Shown in pieces: positions 15,477 through 30,459 of a stretch of DNA of 64,000 bases. Every line of letters starts with the position of its first letter. Position 1 is the stretch's first letter. A model generated the notes under the pieces. That model was not told the origin of the DNA. It was given only the letters and a program-made list of their open reading frames with translations, and made no database searches. Source of the stretch: Podarcis cretensis (taxonomy: Eukaryota); the NCBI GenBank assembly GCA_951804945.1, contig OX638160.1:21080001-21144000 (forward strand). The letters run 5' to 3'. The position numbers and the translations under genes are program-made.

Positions 15477-15604
15477 GATTGCTTTGAAATTGCCTCAGTC
15501 TCGTAGAAAACTCAGCTGCATGTAATTGAACTGAAACTTTCTACCTCCTTCTGGCTCCAGCGCTGTTCTAGTGTGTGTCCTTGTTGCAGCTCACAGACTA
15601 AACC
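15477..15604 (+). other. MPP7: MPP7 5'UTR part of the first coding exon
   Basis: Polypyrimidine tract and ttccAG acceptor ending at 15476. An in-frame TAA (15599-15601) precedes the ATG. Confidence 0.75.
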
Positions 15605-15641
15605 ATGCCAGCTTTATCAACTGGATCTGGAGGTGACACAG
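15605..15641 (+). CDS. MPP7: MPP7 coding exon 1 (MPALSTGSGGDT-G)
   Basis: accATG context and a match to the MPP7 N-terminus. 37 nt, donor GTAGAT, phase 1. Confidence 0.93.
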
Positions 15642-17291
15642 GTAGATAAGCTCTGGGGTTGCTAATTTTCTGCAGTTTGTTAGATTTTACATTATGTGTA
15701 GATAGGGATATATTGTCCTGCTCCATCTACAGCGGCACATAAGAAATTGTGTGTGACTTGTACAGGCATCCCACCACTTGCATGTTTGTGCATGACTGCA
15801 CATGCACAGTGCTTTCCCACACGTCCTGCTTCCTGCTGGCCCCAGAGATTCAGTTCTACTTGTGGATATTTTTGGATATAGTATTTTTGGTATGGATTAA
15901 AGAGAGAGCAGCAGAGAGGGTGTTTAAGGGATGTTTAGAGGGTGCTCCCCACTTTATGCAATTTTTCTTATGCATGCAGGGGCCCGTAATGTAACTCCCA
16001 CATAAGTGGGGAGTTGCCTCTACTATAATATAGTAGGGAATGTACATTCCAATAAACGTGTTGAAGACAAATGCATGCTAATGGAACAACATCCATACTT
16101 GGATGCTATTTTAGATGCGTATCCAAGCCACGCCTGTAATTCCCAATCCAAGAAGTGATATGCACAGGCAGAAGCAAACTCCAACCTGTGGATCTCTTTA
16201 TCGGGGTTTGTATATGCTTTTAGGGGACTAACATAAGCTTTGTTGCAAATTAAAGAACTATGAATTGTATAACTATAGTAAAGGGAAACTGATGTGTAAT
16301 AGTTTCAGATATCAATAATTGCAGCAGGTTTTATAATCAGGTTTTATTGTAGTTTTTTTAACAACTGCATTCGACCTCCTTCACAAGGATATCAAGAATG
16401 TGTTTCATTTATGATGTATGCTGAAATTTCTCTATAAGGTAGCAAACAAATGTACATATCCTTAGTTTTGATTCTGCTAGCACAGTACAATTTCTCTGTT
16501 TAATTTTAGAAAAGCAAACTTTTAGACAAAACCTGAAGAATTTGCTTGATTCCTTGCTGTATTACCACTCTGTGGCAATTGAAACTGGAATCTTTGCTTT
16601 AGCTTCCTGCAAATGCTGTTAGTAATTCAAAGTGTAGAGACTCCTAAAATGATAAGGACCTTCCTAAGGTCTTCTGAAGTGAGTGTTATAAATTGGATTT
16701 GAGCCTAACATTCTTAGACTGACTTCTTGAGAGCAGCTCATGGCAAAAAAGAAAGAAAATAAAAAAGAAAGAAATACTTCTCTTTCACAGCTGACCAATA
16801 GAACAAAACTCCAGTTGCTATTCTTTTGAGGTAACATGATACTAGGCAAGAAGAGCCTTGTTAATTTGAATGAAGAAGGGTTGGCTATTCTTGAACTCCC
16901 TCACAATGTTACTGTAATATTGCCAAGCTGCTGTTGGCATACAAATCTTGACCGTATGCAAAAAACCATGATTTAAAAAACAATAAACATTAATGTACTC
17001 ATTTTAAAAATATCATTATTGTTCATTTCTAAAGTAATGACAGTTTTCATGTTTGTATTGTTGTAATACCTTCTGTGGGTAGTATTATTAAAACTTGATT
17101 ATGCAATCCTTACCATTGCACGTAGTAATCAGCTTTTTTAATTTACTTGGTTACTAATTGTCCATTATGTGCATAAACATATGTGATATTTTTACATATA
17201 TACAACCACTAAAATGGCTAAGTGAGTGAACCTTTTTCAGGTACTTGATACTGATCTTTAATTGCATTGTACAGTAGCAAATGTACAGTGT

Positions 17292-17542
17292 GGAGCCAGT
17301 GTGGTGTAGTGGTTAAGAGCGGTAGTCTCGTAATCTGGTGAACCGGGTTCGCGTCTCCATTCCTCTACATGCAGCTGCTGGGTGACCTTGGGCTAGTCAT
17401 ACTTCTCTGAAGTCTTTCAGCCTCACTCACCTCACAGAGTGTTTGATGTGGGGGAAGAGAAAGGAGAATGTTAGCAGCTTTGAGACTCCTTCGGGTAGTG
17501 ATAAAGCGGGATATCAAATCCAAACTCTTCTTCTTCTTCTTC
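17292..17542 (+). mobile_element. tRNA-derived SINE with (TTC)n tail (Squam3-like)
   Basis: Box A TGGTGTAGTGG, box B-like GGTTCGCGTCT, CORE-like GCTGGGTGACCTTGGGC and a 3' (CTT)n tail. The family name is from recall. Confidence 0.75.
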
Positions 17543-19575
17543 AGATGTCAGGATGCAGGTATCTTTGTTACTGAATATTAGTTCCATATAACAAAATGTT
17601 ATCCGATCCTTTTACAGAACTGTGAAATAATTTTTTGCTGTGAAAAATGTAAGCCTGTTAGAAATATCAATGAACAGTAATGATTATTCTACTTTTGTCA
17701 AAGTGGAAAAATTAAAGACTGGTGTGTTCTATTTTATTAATACAGTAAAATTTTACAGTGTTGTTCTGGGCTTAGGTGTATGTTCTTTAGTGTTTATTAC
17801 CCCTTAGTTACAATAAAATATTGAAGTTGTAGCTTGGCATTATGGTTCAGAATTCTGATGTAGTAAATTACTTAACAAATGAAGGTAAATGGACATCCAT
17901 TTGTCCTAATATTGATTTTAAAAATATCTCTGACAAGATTAGTTCTTTCTTGTAATATGTAAGAGTGATGGAACGCAGTGACCATATTTTTTTATCATTT
18001 AGTCCTACTTTATAGCTTCCACAGACTTGTTCTAATAATGAAGCTATGAAGGATATGACAAGAATGGTGATATTAAATTTCTCTAGACTAACAGTAAATT
18101 TTTCCACTCTGATGTCAAGAATGTTGAGCATCTGGACTCTGAGAGTGAGTAGTTTACCACGTGAGCACTTTCCCCAATTTCTTAGCCATTTATTCTTCTC
18201 CTAGGAACTAGCTGTCTTATGTAGAAAATAATAGTAACGGAAACTGCTCTCTAGAATTGGAAAAAGTTGTGTGCTGTTCATTTTCCATTATTTGTAAGAA
18301 TTATTTTATTACATTTTTCAGGTCTTTTAAAAATAAAATCACTGTTATGACAATGTATCCATGTATTCAATAAGATTAATAAAGTTTAGGAAAGCAGTAC
18401 CACGGATGTACTGTAGACACTGTTTACAAGTCCGTGCTACAATAATTGTTACTAGATTTTTATCCTCAGGGGCCTCCTTTAACGCAGTTTACCTTGTGAA
18501 ACTACTTCCATGAACAACCTATAGTTTTGGAATCATTCATTCCATCCACCTCTAAGAAGTCTTCCAAAGACTTTTGGATCAGGCATTGTTAGGAATGTTG
18601 GATTGATCTAAATATCAGTCCCAGATAAAGTAGGCTTTCATTCATGGAAAAACTATGTAATAGGTTTTGAACTTGTAATTCTGTTAACTGAGCTTCATGA
18701 ACAAAGTGATGTATAAATCAAAACCGGGATTAAAAATGCATACCACTACCCTGCTCTTCAATCAGATGGCCAGGTGTTTCAAATAAGCAGTCACTATATA
18801 TAAACATATATACATAATAAACTTTGAACAAGTAAGATGAAACTTCGCCTGTGTATAATAGCTGGGAAATCCTCTTCCATACCCCATTTCCAACTAGCAT
18901 TTTCAAAGATTTTCATCAGGCATGGAGACAAGGGAGATGCAGCTCAACTTAAGTGCAAGTGAAGTTGGGTGTAATAATAGTATTATTTCTTTCTTAATCT
19001 TCACTATTTTTAAAGCTCAGGTGTTAAAGGCCAGGATAAATAGCTGCATCTTCAGCATGTGATGGAAATTACATAATGAAGGTGCTAGATGCACCTCTGT
19101 GGGAGGGAATTCCACAATTTATAGGCTGCCACAGAGATTGCCCTCTCCTGGACAACCCCCTTGAACTTTGGAGGGCAGTCAAACCACCAAGAAGGCCTCC
19201 TCTACTTCTCTTAACACTTGGTGATCGCCTTTCCAATATTTGGTGCCTGAACAAAGCACTTAGTTTTCCTCATGTATTAGAAATTGGAAGTTCAGTTTGA
19301 AGACCAAGATGATGTTAGTATATGTGAAAGTTTATCATTTTGAATCTAAAATAGTACTAGTCTAGTATGAACCGATATTGCAGAATAATGGCCAGTTATA
19401 TAGGTTGTAAAATGTTCATGGGCTTCATTTTTACACGTGTGCGTTCGCGCACATGCACACACACACACACAAAATGTTCAATAAGTTCCTTAGTAGCAAT
19501 GAATGGATGCCAAATGAAAATGCAATATTAAGCAGGATTGGCAGTTTCAAAGTTTTTAGCTTTGTTTACTAAAGA

Positions 19576-19784
19576 CAGTGGTACCTCGGGTTACATACGC
19601 TTCAGGTTACAGACTTCGCTAACCCAGAAATATTACCTTGGGTTAAGAACTTTGCTTCAGGATGAGAACAGAAATCGTGCAGTGATGGCACAGCGGCAGC
19701 AGGAGGCCCCATTAGCTAAAGTGGTGCTTCAGGTTAAGAACAGACCTCCAGAACGAATTAAATACTTAACCTGAGGTACCACTG
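19576..19784. mobile_element. Tc1/mariner (pogo/Tigger-like) MITE
   Basis: TIRs CAGTGGTACCTCGGGTTA / TAACCTGAGGTACCACTG. TA on the right; the left flank is GA (mutated). Confidence 0.8.
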
Positions 19785-22312
19785 TACAGGTAACATGTAT
19801 TGGGGGGAGGTATAATCAGTGAAAATCACATTCCTGTCCTCACATTAACAAAGGCATTCAATAGATCAACATTTCTTCAGAGAACTGTGTAATTCCTTTT
19901 TGAGAACATCTCTAATAACAAAAACAAGCTTCTCTGATCATTTTGTACAATGTTCAGCTGCAGCATGGTGTTTGGGTGTCTTCTAGAATGCATTTTTCAG
20001 TCATGTAGGGCACAATGATGTCCAACAGGCCTAGCATATGCACTTTCTGAGTTAACTATGTACATAAGAACATGCCCCAATATTTTCAAAACACAGTAGT
20101 TCCAGAGGAGATAAGGCAATGGGTAAAACATGCCTGAAAGTTCAAAAACCGCTCCTGTAGCTATTTCAGTCTGCTTTTGAGCTGTTGCAGTCCACATGGT
20201 GGGGCGATGCCAGTGCTGCTGTAGCTTATATGAATGGAGCAGCAGAGATTATGCAGACACACTAGCAGGAGTGCTGTGTGAACTCCTCTGGTGTATCTCT
20301 GCAGCCCTTACCTTCTATAGTTCTACCCTGTTAAGTTAAGCTGCAGCAACATTGGTTTGGGGAAAACCACTCTAGGCTTCACCTCACCAGCTGCTGCTTT
20401 TTGAGCAAGGACAGTGCATGTGCAAAGCTGTTGAAAACTTGCCACCATCTTGCCTTAAGTGACCACCAAATATCTCTTCACTTTTTCTCTTAACTCTACT
20501 AATCTTTTGTGATGAAGGCTCTGGGTCATATTAAGTATAAAAACAAATCAGTGAGAAATGGAAATGGGACTATCCAACAATATTGTTTTAAATAAATGGT
20601 TATAATTTTCTACTTACTGTGGAATCCCAAATTGTTGGTTTTTAGAAGTGTTGGGCTAATTTTTCATTCACTTTCTATTCCTGTTTCAGCAGCATAATTT
20701 CTCTCTTACAGTCCCGTTTTGATAAAGTGTTTAATATTTACATTAAATCTCTTCTTTAAAAATGGGATGGAAAGAGATCTGGACAATACTCCTTAAAACT
20801 ATGTACCATATTCATTTTGATAAATGTTCAGACAGCCTCTACTGTATATAAATCTTATAAACTAGGTGCTTTGCTTCTGTTAATCCAACTACTGAACTTG
20901 TGATCTCTCTGTGTGAGTACGGCCCCTGATACAAGGTGTTGTTTTGTGTAAGTTCAATGCTTTTTATACTAGGAAAAATTGTAGTGATTTTAGTGTTACC
21001 CTGTTTTTATGTTTAAGAAATACTATAAATGAGAGTAGGTATAAAATAAAGCAAGATTTGAAATATGAACATTGCCTCCCAAAAGCCCATAGAAAATGAT
21101 GTCTGGAAAGAATGTTTTTTTCCAGCATACTTTAAATAATGCCAGGAAAGAGGGGAAAACATTAAATCAGTCCCCCAAGGTGCTGTATTTAATTTTAGAA
21201 GAGGCATACGATGCCTCCAAAGATCATGCAGTAGCAGTGACTTAAAATATGAAAACGAAGGATATAATCATCACATTGATAGATTACTAAGTAGCTTTAC
21301 AGAATATGCTTGAATGAAAATTATTTTGGAAAGCTGTTCTTGTGATGCAACAGCCCTTGGTCTGATCATAAACATTTTTACTCAGAAAAGTTCAGTGAAG
21401 TTTACATCCTAGGAAGTCTAGTCAGGATTGCAGCAATAGAATAAAAATCATAGTAGTGTCATACTATGGTGGGTTAGCCAGGAGGTTATCAGTGTTTTCA
21501 AAGACTATGGCAGGGAGAGACTTGTGTCGTCTTAACCCCCCCCCCAAAAAAAAAAATCCCACTGGAAAAACTAAACATATGCTATGGATTGATACCTGAT
21601 CATGCTAGGTTACCTCCTCTGGGAAGGCTGCTGCAAGTTCATGTTGCTATGTTTCTTGGACAGCAGCATGATGGATGGTTTTATGCTGTATGCTACTGTG
21701 AAAACACTGTGCTACTGTCTGCCCCTGGGAAATTGCTCTGAGATGTGCCACAAATAACTGGGAGCAGCCATTGCTTTAATCCCCGTGGAGAAGCCTGGAT
21801 AAATCCTATGCATGCACTCTCTCTTTAACAAAATATAACTTAATCGTACAAGGATTTTGCTCAAAGAATTGGCTCCTGAATAGCTAGCAATGAAGTATTC
21901 ATTTTTGTGCATCTATTACACCCAAGATCTTTTTTTAAAAAAAGCAATGTATTGGTGAGAAGTATTTAGAGAAACCACAAACTCTTTTTAATGGACCACC
22001 CTATCCATTTTCTGTTCTTATAAGGATGTTTTTCCTATTCATGACTCATTTCACTCTAACATCAAGGGAAATGGAATAACGATTAAGCAAAGGAATGCAT
22101 GTGTTTCTGGGTTTTGTCCCTTTCCAAAAAGCTTTATGAATTCTTGGTACAGTGTTAAGTAAATATATTGCTATAGAAGCTTTAGCAACTGTTAATAAAG
22201 TAAAAAGTACCCTGTTAGTAACTACTTTTTAAACCAAACTTCTGTTTCTGGTTCGTTAATGTTTTGCTGGCTACTTCCAATCCCACTACTTGCTTAATAT
22301 AAAATGGTGTAG

Positions 22313-22525
<213 letters not shown>

Positions 22526-24559
22526 TAAATGTTCATTCTTTTGTAGAAGCGCTTATGGAAAAACATTTTGAGCAGCCTCTAGTAAACCAGGAATCAAACT
22601 GTTTCTTTGTGAAAACAAAACAGCCTTGTTTCAACTCAGTGCTTCTGTGAGGGGTGGAAGTTGTTAAAAGGATTCTACCCAAAATACAGAGATGATTTCA
22701 TTTAATAGTGATGTTTTGGCAGTATACACTAATGTAACAAACATATGATGTTTGCCCTTGTTTAGAATGAGGTAGCACAAAATAGTAGCAGGAAATCTGA
22801 GACTCCTTCATGGTCAACATTCAAGGCCTGGAGTTTAGCTTAAACAAACAAATGTTCACAGCAAAAATTAGACGGGATATATTTTTGAGGTAAAAGATGG
22901 CAACAGTTCAGTAGCCACATTAATTTAAAATAATTTCCTTTAACAAAGTCAACTGAAATTCTAGTAAGACTCTTTAATTGGCTTGCATCCATTGAAAATT
23001 GTGTTCAGCATATAAATATATTCAAGTAGATCATGATAAAATAAACTTGGTAGAGTAATTCATGGATGTGTCCAGAGAAAAATGGTAAATATTCATGTAT
23101 ATAGTACTTTCTAACTTAAAAAATACTTTACAGTTTTAATGTCCATCATTGCAATCATGCCACTAGTATTACGATTTCACAGAGAGCTAACATTAAAAGC
23201 CACTTGCAAAAGGCAAGTCCTATAATTTGAACTTGTAATACATTGTTGGCTGGGCCTCTGGGTAGGAGAGGAGAGACTGTATGGGAAAGTGGGAAGTACA
23301 CTGGCTTCCCATTCCAGGAATAAAAGGTTCCTTTCCCAGAGGAAAGGAAAAGGCTTTTATTGAACTCTGTTGCAGTCCCTTAACACATTTGTGGCTGCAT
23401 TCCCGCCAAAAGAAATGTGCCCATAATCATTTGCAACATCACAAAAATAGGGTGTACTTGGCTTCTGAATCACTACTCAGGTTTTTAGCCTTTGGGTTAT
23501 TTTACATATGTAGCTGCTTCTCCAAGTTATGGAGATGTCTAGGAGCATTTCCCTACAACTTCTCCTGGTTGGATGACTCAACCCTATTTTCATCACTTAG
23601 AGTGGGGGTAGCCAACATGGAGCTTTCCAGGTATTGTTGGACTCCAGCTTCTATCTCTCCTGCTCAGCATGGCCAATAGTCAAGGGTAATGAGAGCTGTA
23701 GTCTATCAATGTTAAAGGGAGCACCAGGCTGGCTATCCCAGACCTAAGGCTAGACTGGGAATGGGGAACTTGTGGCCCTCAGTATGTTAGAATCTAATTA
23801 CATTTGGAGGGCCACAGAATCTCCCAACTAGACAGATATAATACAATATATAATATGTAGATAGCGTATGAGGCTTACCTGGAAGATAATTGAAAACCTT
23901 AGCTTATACAAACTTCAGTGGTTGCTTGCTTTGATTGGAGCATCATGCTGAGAGTCCATGGATTTGTCTAATCCTTTTAAAAATCCTCCTTTGCACCAAA
24001 CTAGATGACATAAAATGTCTAGTTGCAAATGTAAGATTTGGGGGAATGATTTCTTTAAGGATCACAGGAAGGAAGGAGAGATTAAACTCCCTGCTCACTG
24101 CCTCCCATGATCCCAATAATATCAGACATCTTCCCATGGCTGCCATTTACATTTAAAACAGGTGCATTAAATGCAAAGGTGTAGTTAGCATCTTTGTATT
24201 TGCATGTCTAGATTGACTCTAATCCCAGGATATAACCCAATGCCAGTTGAGAAAATAGATGGAATTGAAAATCTGGAACAGCCAAAATGGTGTGTTTTCT
24301 TTCAACCAGTGTTATATCTTCTGAATATTTTTTTTTGATAGATGTTGTTTAGTTTGGTCTTTTACCTTTATTTATGCAAGTTATGTTACATACACTGAAC
24401 ACAATGTAGTACCTTTTTATCTTAGATTGTGCTAAAGTTCCTGCGTTAATTTGACTCTAAGCCAGGGGGCATCCATGCATCTTGGGGCGGCTAATTCCTT
24501 TAATTATGCATTGTTTGAAGTACTTGGTTTTGTCTGTTCTGAATCTATTGCTATTAACT

Positions 24560-25060
24560 TCATTGGGAGATATATAGTTTTCTAAACTAAAAAGCCTTAA
24601 ACTTTTACCTTTCCTCGTGGGAAAGTTATTCCAATCTTTTGATAATTTTGGCTGCCCTTTTCCAGCTCTTTCATTGTTCTTTTTGAGATGAAGCAATCAG
24701 AATTATAGATATCATTCCAGATAGAGCCATTATGGTTTCAGTTGCTTTCCTAGTTACCTCTGGCATAAAACTAGATTATTATTTTTTTATAAATAAAAAC
24801 CCTACAGTTAAAGTTCTCTACTGTGATGACAGGGCCTCTGTCCTGGTTAGTCACTGCTAGTTCTTCCATCATTTTATATGTGAAGTTGGGATTTATTTAT
24901 TTATTGCTCCAATATGCAACTTAGACATTGGGTAACAAATTAGTAAGTAAGGTAGAGTCACCTAATTTTTAGGCATCTGGTTGGGGATCTTCACAGTCTG
25001 TTTGGGATTTCACCACCTTACATTTTGGGTGTTATCCTCAAATCTGGCCACCTTGCTGCT
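24560..25060 (-). mobile_element. Degenerate CR1 LINE fragment
   Basis: Decayed CR1-like antisense text (CTAAACTAAAAAGCC..., GATAATTTTGGCTGCCCTTTTCC..., GTGTTATCCTCAAATCTGGCCACCTTGCTGCT). Boundaries are approximate. Confidence 0.5.
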
Positions 25061-25980
25061 CTCTCTGTTTTGAAGTCCATATAACAAATAACTGAATAAC
25101 TTACAACATTTTATTAATAAACATCTGACAAGACCATCAGCATTTTCTCTTTTATCTGCTATTTATCATTTTTCTATCCTAACATAACATAAAATAAAAT
25201 GTAACAACAGCTAAAGCTGGCCATTTTGAGTGATAAAGAAAAGTAGGAGAGAATATTTGTATTAATTAGCAAGAAAATATCAATCTAAAGTGATTTTATA
25301 ACATATGTTTGGCCAGCAGGACTATGCAAATCAGAGGGACGTGTGACATACTTTCTGGTGATTCCCCGGAATCCATCAGTGGCAGAAATGTTAAAAATCT
25401 AGAAAAATATTTTTGGATCAGCTGTAGCTTTAGCCAACTCCCAAGTTGCTGCTGGGAGAGTTCCAAAGAGAAGCAGCAATGCAGCCAAAAAGAAATAGGA
25501 ATGGAGAATGCTTCATCCTTTAAGGAGAAATGATTTTTCAAAAGGGTAATATGTACATTTTTCAATAGACAGCTACTGATAATATAGAAATCCCAGTTCT
25601 TTGATCATGGCTCACTTTTCTTCTCTTAGATATTGTAAACATAGGTTCATCTGAAGGCTAATTAAGCAAAGTCCAACCTTTATATCATTAATACTTGACA
25701 GTGAATATGAGCATTGAAAAACTTACTTCTGTGATTCCTCTGAGAACAAAAAGATAAAAGATGACTTTAAAAAAAAGTTTATTTTGTTCTTGGATGGGGC
25801 TGCCAGTGGTTTCCCATTCAAGGGATGGATCAGATTAATTAATACTTGCTTAGCTTCTTCAGTGCTGCAGCATCAAGCATTTCTGTGACCTCCAATTTGA
25901 ATAGAACACTTCCTACATTCATTTGCTCTCTGGTTGTTGCCTTCAAAGAATTAGATTGTAACCCTGGAAAGATACTTATA

Positions 25981-26222
25981 CAGTCATACCTTGATGGACA
26001 ACCGCCTTGTGAGTCAAACATTTTGGCTCCCAAATGCCGCAAACCTGAAAGTGAGTGTTCTGGTTTGCGACCATTCTTTGGAACCCGAATGTCCGGTGTG
26101 GCTTCTGATTGGCTGCAGGAGCTTCCAGCAGCCAATCAGATGCTGCACCTTGGTTTCCGAACGTTTTGGAAGTCAAACTGACTTCTGGAACAGATTCCAT
26201 TCAAGCTTCCAAGGTACGACTG
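25981..26222. mobile_element. Tc1/mariner-type MITE
   Basis: TIRs CAGTCATACCTTG / CAAGGTACGACTG with TA TSD. Internal hairpin CTGATTGGCTG...CAGCCAATCAG. Confidence 0.8.
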
Positions 26223-29200
26223 TATCGGGGAGTGAAACTGCTGCTGACTTTATGCGTGCGCATAAGTATATACAGGGAAGTACAAGGACAATTTATTTAT
26301 TCATTTACGACATGTATAACTTTAGCCAAAAAAGGCTGTCAGAGTAGCTTATGTATCTTTACATATCTATATCTAGTGCACCACACCATCTTTAAGATAC
26401 AGACCTCTTCACTTGGTCTATGTTTTGAGTTATAAGTATGTGGCTCTCATGTTTATGTTCTCTTAATTTATAGTTGACATTCTTGTTAACAAAATTTTCT
26501 TAACCACAATGTTTTAAAATAGCTATTACTTTGTGGAACATGTTTGCTGTGCAGATGGCACAGTGTCGTTAGAAGTTATCTTCAAACAGAAATCTAATTC
26601 AGCTGCCAATTGTGACATGAGGCTGCAATCCTGTACCTAGTTTTCTGGGAATAAGTAACATTCATATCCATGGAACTTACATTTGAGTCAACTTTTGATA
26701 TGTTTGCACTGTACGTGTGGTGTCTGTTCTCTGTTTTAACATCTAACAAGGGGCTGAAGAACTGGAAATTGTAAAATCTCTTTGGTGGAATTCTGTATTT
26801 TACATGCACATGTTTTTTAATTGTTATGTTTTACACACACACCCCTTTCTGAATGTGATGCAAGAGGCACACCACCTTTTATATGGCCTTATATTATTTG
26901 AGGAGTTGGCTATGTCTGCCATTGGTGTGTGCCAAATTGCCATTTAAGAAAAAAAATCATCCTGTTTCAAATAGGAATGTTTAAGCACAAAGTTGCTGGA
27001 TTGAAAATTGTACAAAAATTGTGCATTGTTTTTGAAAGTGAGATACTAGTTAAAATAATTGTAACTACTTTTAAGCTGTAGTAAACTACACACAGACAAA
27101 CAGAGAGAGAGAGACAGAGAGAGAATTTTCAACACACTTTTAGCATTTGGATTGTTTAATTAATTTGGATTAATGTTTATAGTATTGCACCTTTGTTCTC
27201 CAATTATGGCCACTTTACAAAACCAGTAGCTCTTGGTTTCACAGATAAAGGTCGCTGCAGACAAGTATATATCACCTCCTCCTCTCTCACACACATAATG
27301 CATTGCAGCCATAGGTTCACATTTGCTCCGCATCTTCTAATGATTGCTGCTAATGACCAAACATAAATAGCATTGCGATGTGAAGCCAATTGTAGATTTC
27401 ATTGAAATGGAGATTGTAGAAGTAATCTGCTGTAGCCTAGAATAAAGGATAACATAATGGGTGTGCTTCAGGCTGCTGTTGAAAGAACCTTTGTGTGCAA
27501 GTTTCAAGGTTAAAAAGTCAAATAGAATTCATTTCTAGCTTTGATGCTATGTCAATAATAGTGTGTATGGAAGGAATCAGTGTACTCCAAGAGGGAAGAA
27601 GTCTTCAAGCAAATTCATTTTTTTAAAACTAAAAACAACAAAAATATGGTTTTACTAAAGATCTCTTGAGGGACCTCGGGCTTTAAAGGAGACAAGGTTT
27701 AGTAATGTTCTGTGTACAGTGCATGTATAAAAATAGGTTTATTGCTAAAGCGTCATGTTCTCATCTCAAATGGAAGAGATTAATTCAGCTTTCGAAATGT
27801 CCTGAAGAGTGTACAAGTTCTAAGAAACTTGAGCTTGAAGTGCGCAACAAAACCTCATCCAATTTTGGACATTCTTTCTGCAGTAGCTGAGCAGGGAGTT
27901 TGGCTCAAAAAGGGGCAGGGAAATTTATCTTGGAGGAAGGGTGACTTGTTTGGCTTTAAAGTGAATTTCCTCTACCCACTAAGGGGACCTCTTCCTATAA
28001 GCAAAGTCATCAAAACCTTTCCTTACTTACTGAACAAAAAAGTACACTTGAATGAAGTCTCTGAAATTTCAAATAATAGTTGCTTTATTGTGTTGTGTGA
28101 GGAACAAAGAAGTCAAAGTATAAAGTTGCTTTCAGAAATAATCAAAAAAGGAAAGGAAAAGAAACTGTGCGAGGAGTAAGGGGGGTTTATAGCCCATATT
28201 TAAACTATTCTGTTCAAATGGGCAAAAGTAGAATGCCTTTCTGCATTATAGTACTTTCCTATTAATTTGGATCTTGAAATATATTCTATGTTTGGATCTA
28301 CTGTCAGTAAGTAAAGCACATATATTGAAGCAGAAGGCAGAATCAAATAGTAATAAAACTAAATATGCATTTTGCATATTGAAACATGGTACAGTACTAA
28401 AGTTAATAATTCTTAGTTAATGTTGAAAGTGAAAGGTTAGTACAATTATTTTACTGACCTTTTAACCGCGGCTAACTAGAATTTCAAAGTCGTTTCATAC
28501 CCTAACTTCAAATCAAGATTAATAGGAAACCTTGGTTAGAATTTACTGTGGTTAAGTTTTGTGCTACCATAAGTTTTAATTACGGTACAGCCTGGTGAAG
28601 ATTTGGAGGGAGTAGTGGGGAAGGGAGTCGGTGATGCTACGCCTCCTCACAGATCCTTAACCCAGAATCTGCAAACTTTGACTTGCCAAATTACCAGGGA
28701 TTATTTATGACTCCTCCTATTCTCCAAGGCCTGTGGCTTGATGTCTGCTGCAAGTGGAGAGTTATTTTTTCTGTCTTAATGATGGGTTTTTATAGATTGC
28801 AACACAGTGCAAGGAGTTCCATCACCTATCTGGAGCTGAGATCATTCAGATTTCAAGAATACAACAAGAACAAGGATATACTGATCCATATCAGCAATGT
28901 ATCTAGAAAAGTGTATACAGATAGTCAGGAAGGCATGAGACCTGTGACTTCACTAAAAGGCATACAAGGTTTTAAACTGAGCAGGGGAAAAAATCTGTTG
29001 TCAGAATATGTCAGTGGAGAGAGACAAGGTAGCTTCACTAGTTGAGCAGACAAATTCTGAAAGATGCCAGTAGATGCTTCACTTGAGGTTGTTGCTTTGG
29101 GGATCCTGACTTATATTTGCTTCAGGAAAATGGCCCATACTTTTCTTCGCAATGTCTAGAGGTCTTTAGGTTGAGGATGAAAATGCTTAGCTAGCAACAA

Positions 29201-29793
29201 AAAGGATAGAAAGTGCTGGTATATGCCTCCCCTCCTTCCAGATGTTATCTAGGGTTGTCTTGAAGATATTGGAGCAGCAAGTGGAAGAAGTCCTCATGGT
29301 ACCTGGTTAATCCAGAAAGTTCAGAATACCAGTTCAACAACCTTGAAAGCTACTATTCCCTCCAGAGATTTTGATTCAAGCTTCAGTTGTGTTGTTTCCC
29401 TCTTTGCATTACTGCAGAAATACAGCCCTTCCTTTGTTTCCTTGATAAAAGTCTACTCCATACTAGTTCAGGGGTTGCCAACCTGATGCTCACAGGTGTC
29501 ATGGCATTTAAAAACAAATAAAACATAGGCACACATGTTCTAAGAATGATAAAATCAATGCAACAAACTAAAACAATTAAACCATCCATACAGACTTTAA
29601 AGACAATGAAAGAGTTTCATCAGATATAAAATTGATCTTCCATAGAAGACTTGAGTAAACCTCAAGAAAAAATTTCCTTTGATAAATGTTTTCAGTAAGC
29701 ACCGAAACATCATCACTCTAGGCACCTGTCTGATTTCAGCTGGTTATTGATTCCAGAGAGCTGGACCTGTAACACTAAGACCTTTTTCTAGTA

Positions 29794-30025
29794 CAGTGGA
29801 ACCTCCATTTTCGAGCGTCCTGGAAGCCAAACAATTTGGAACCTGAATGCCAAAAACCCAGAAGTAATTGCTTTCATTTTCGAATGTGCCTTGGAAGTCA
29901 AATGGCTTCTGCTGCGTGTTTTGCAATGGATTTTGCCAACTGCCCACTGATCCACGGTTTTTGAACGTTTCAGAAGTCGAACGGTCTTCCGGAACAGATT
30001 ACGTTCAAAACCCGAGGTTCCACTG
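29794..30025. mobile_element. Tc1/mariner-type MITE
   Basis: TIRs CAGTGGAACCTC / GAGGTTCCACTG with TA TSD. The sub-terminal sequence is related to the MITE at 25981. Confidence 0.82.
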
Positions 30026-30329
30026 TACAGATTAAGTGCACTGTGTTTTTTATAGAACAACTTACCTCGTGTAGCTTTGATGGTATGGTTAATGAAGACA
30101 TTTTTATGTTTGCTTATTTTGTATAGCCAGGTAGTTGACAGTTTTAAAATATTGTGTTTTATATGTACCTGTCTGTTGTGTTGTGTTTTGTTTTACTATA
30201 CTACTGTAAACAAAAATGAAAACAGAACAAAGTGCTAATTCCACCACTTCAGTCAAGGGATGTCAATAAACAATTACATAAGATGCTAAGATCTGAAGTG
30301 TTGATACATCACAAGTACTTTTTATTCTC

Positions 30330-30459
30330 NNNNNNNNNNNNNNNNNNNNNNNNNNNNNNNNNNNNNNNNNNNNNNNNNNNNNNNNNNNNNNNNNNNNNNN
30401 NNNNNNNNNNNNNNNNNNNNNNNNNNNNNNNNNNNNNNNNNNNNNNNNNNNNNNNNNNN
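30330..30459. other. Assembly gap (N run)
   Basis: Run of Ns abutting the 5' end of a SINE. Confidence 0.99.

Noticed and set aside
27190-27420. Possible conserved enhancer (repeat-free, with homeobox-like motifs)
   Set aside because: It cannot be supported without a cross-species alignment, and such motifs are expected by chance in AT-rich DNA.
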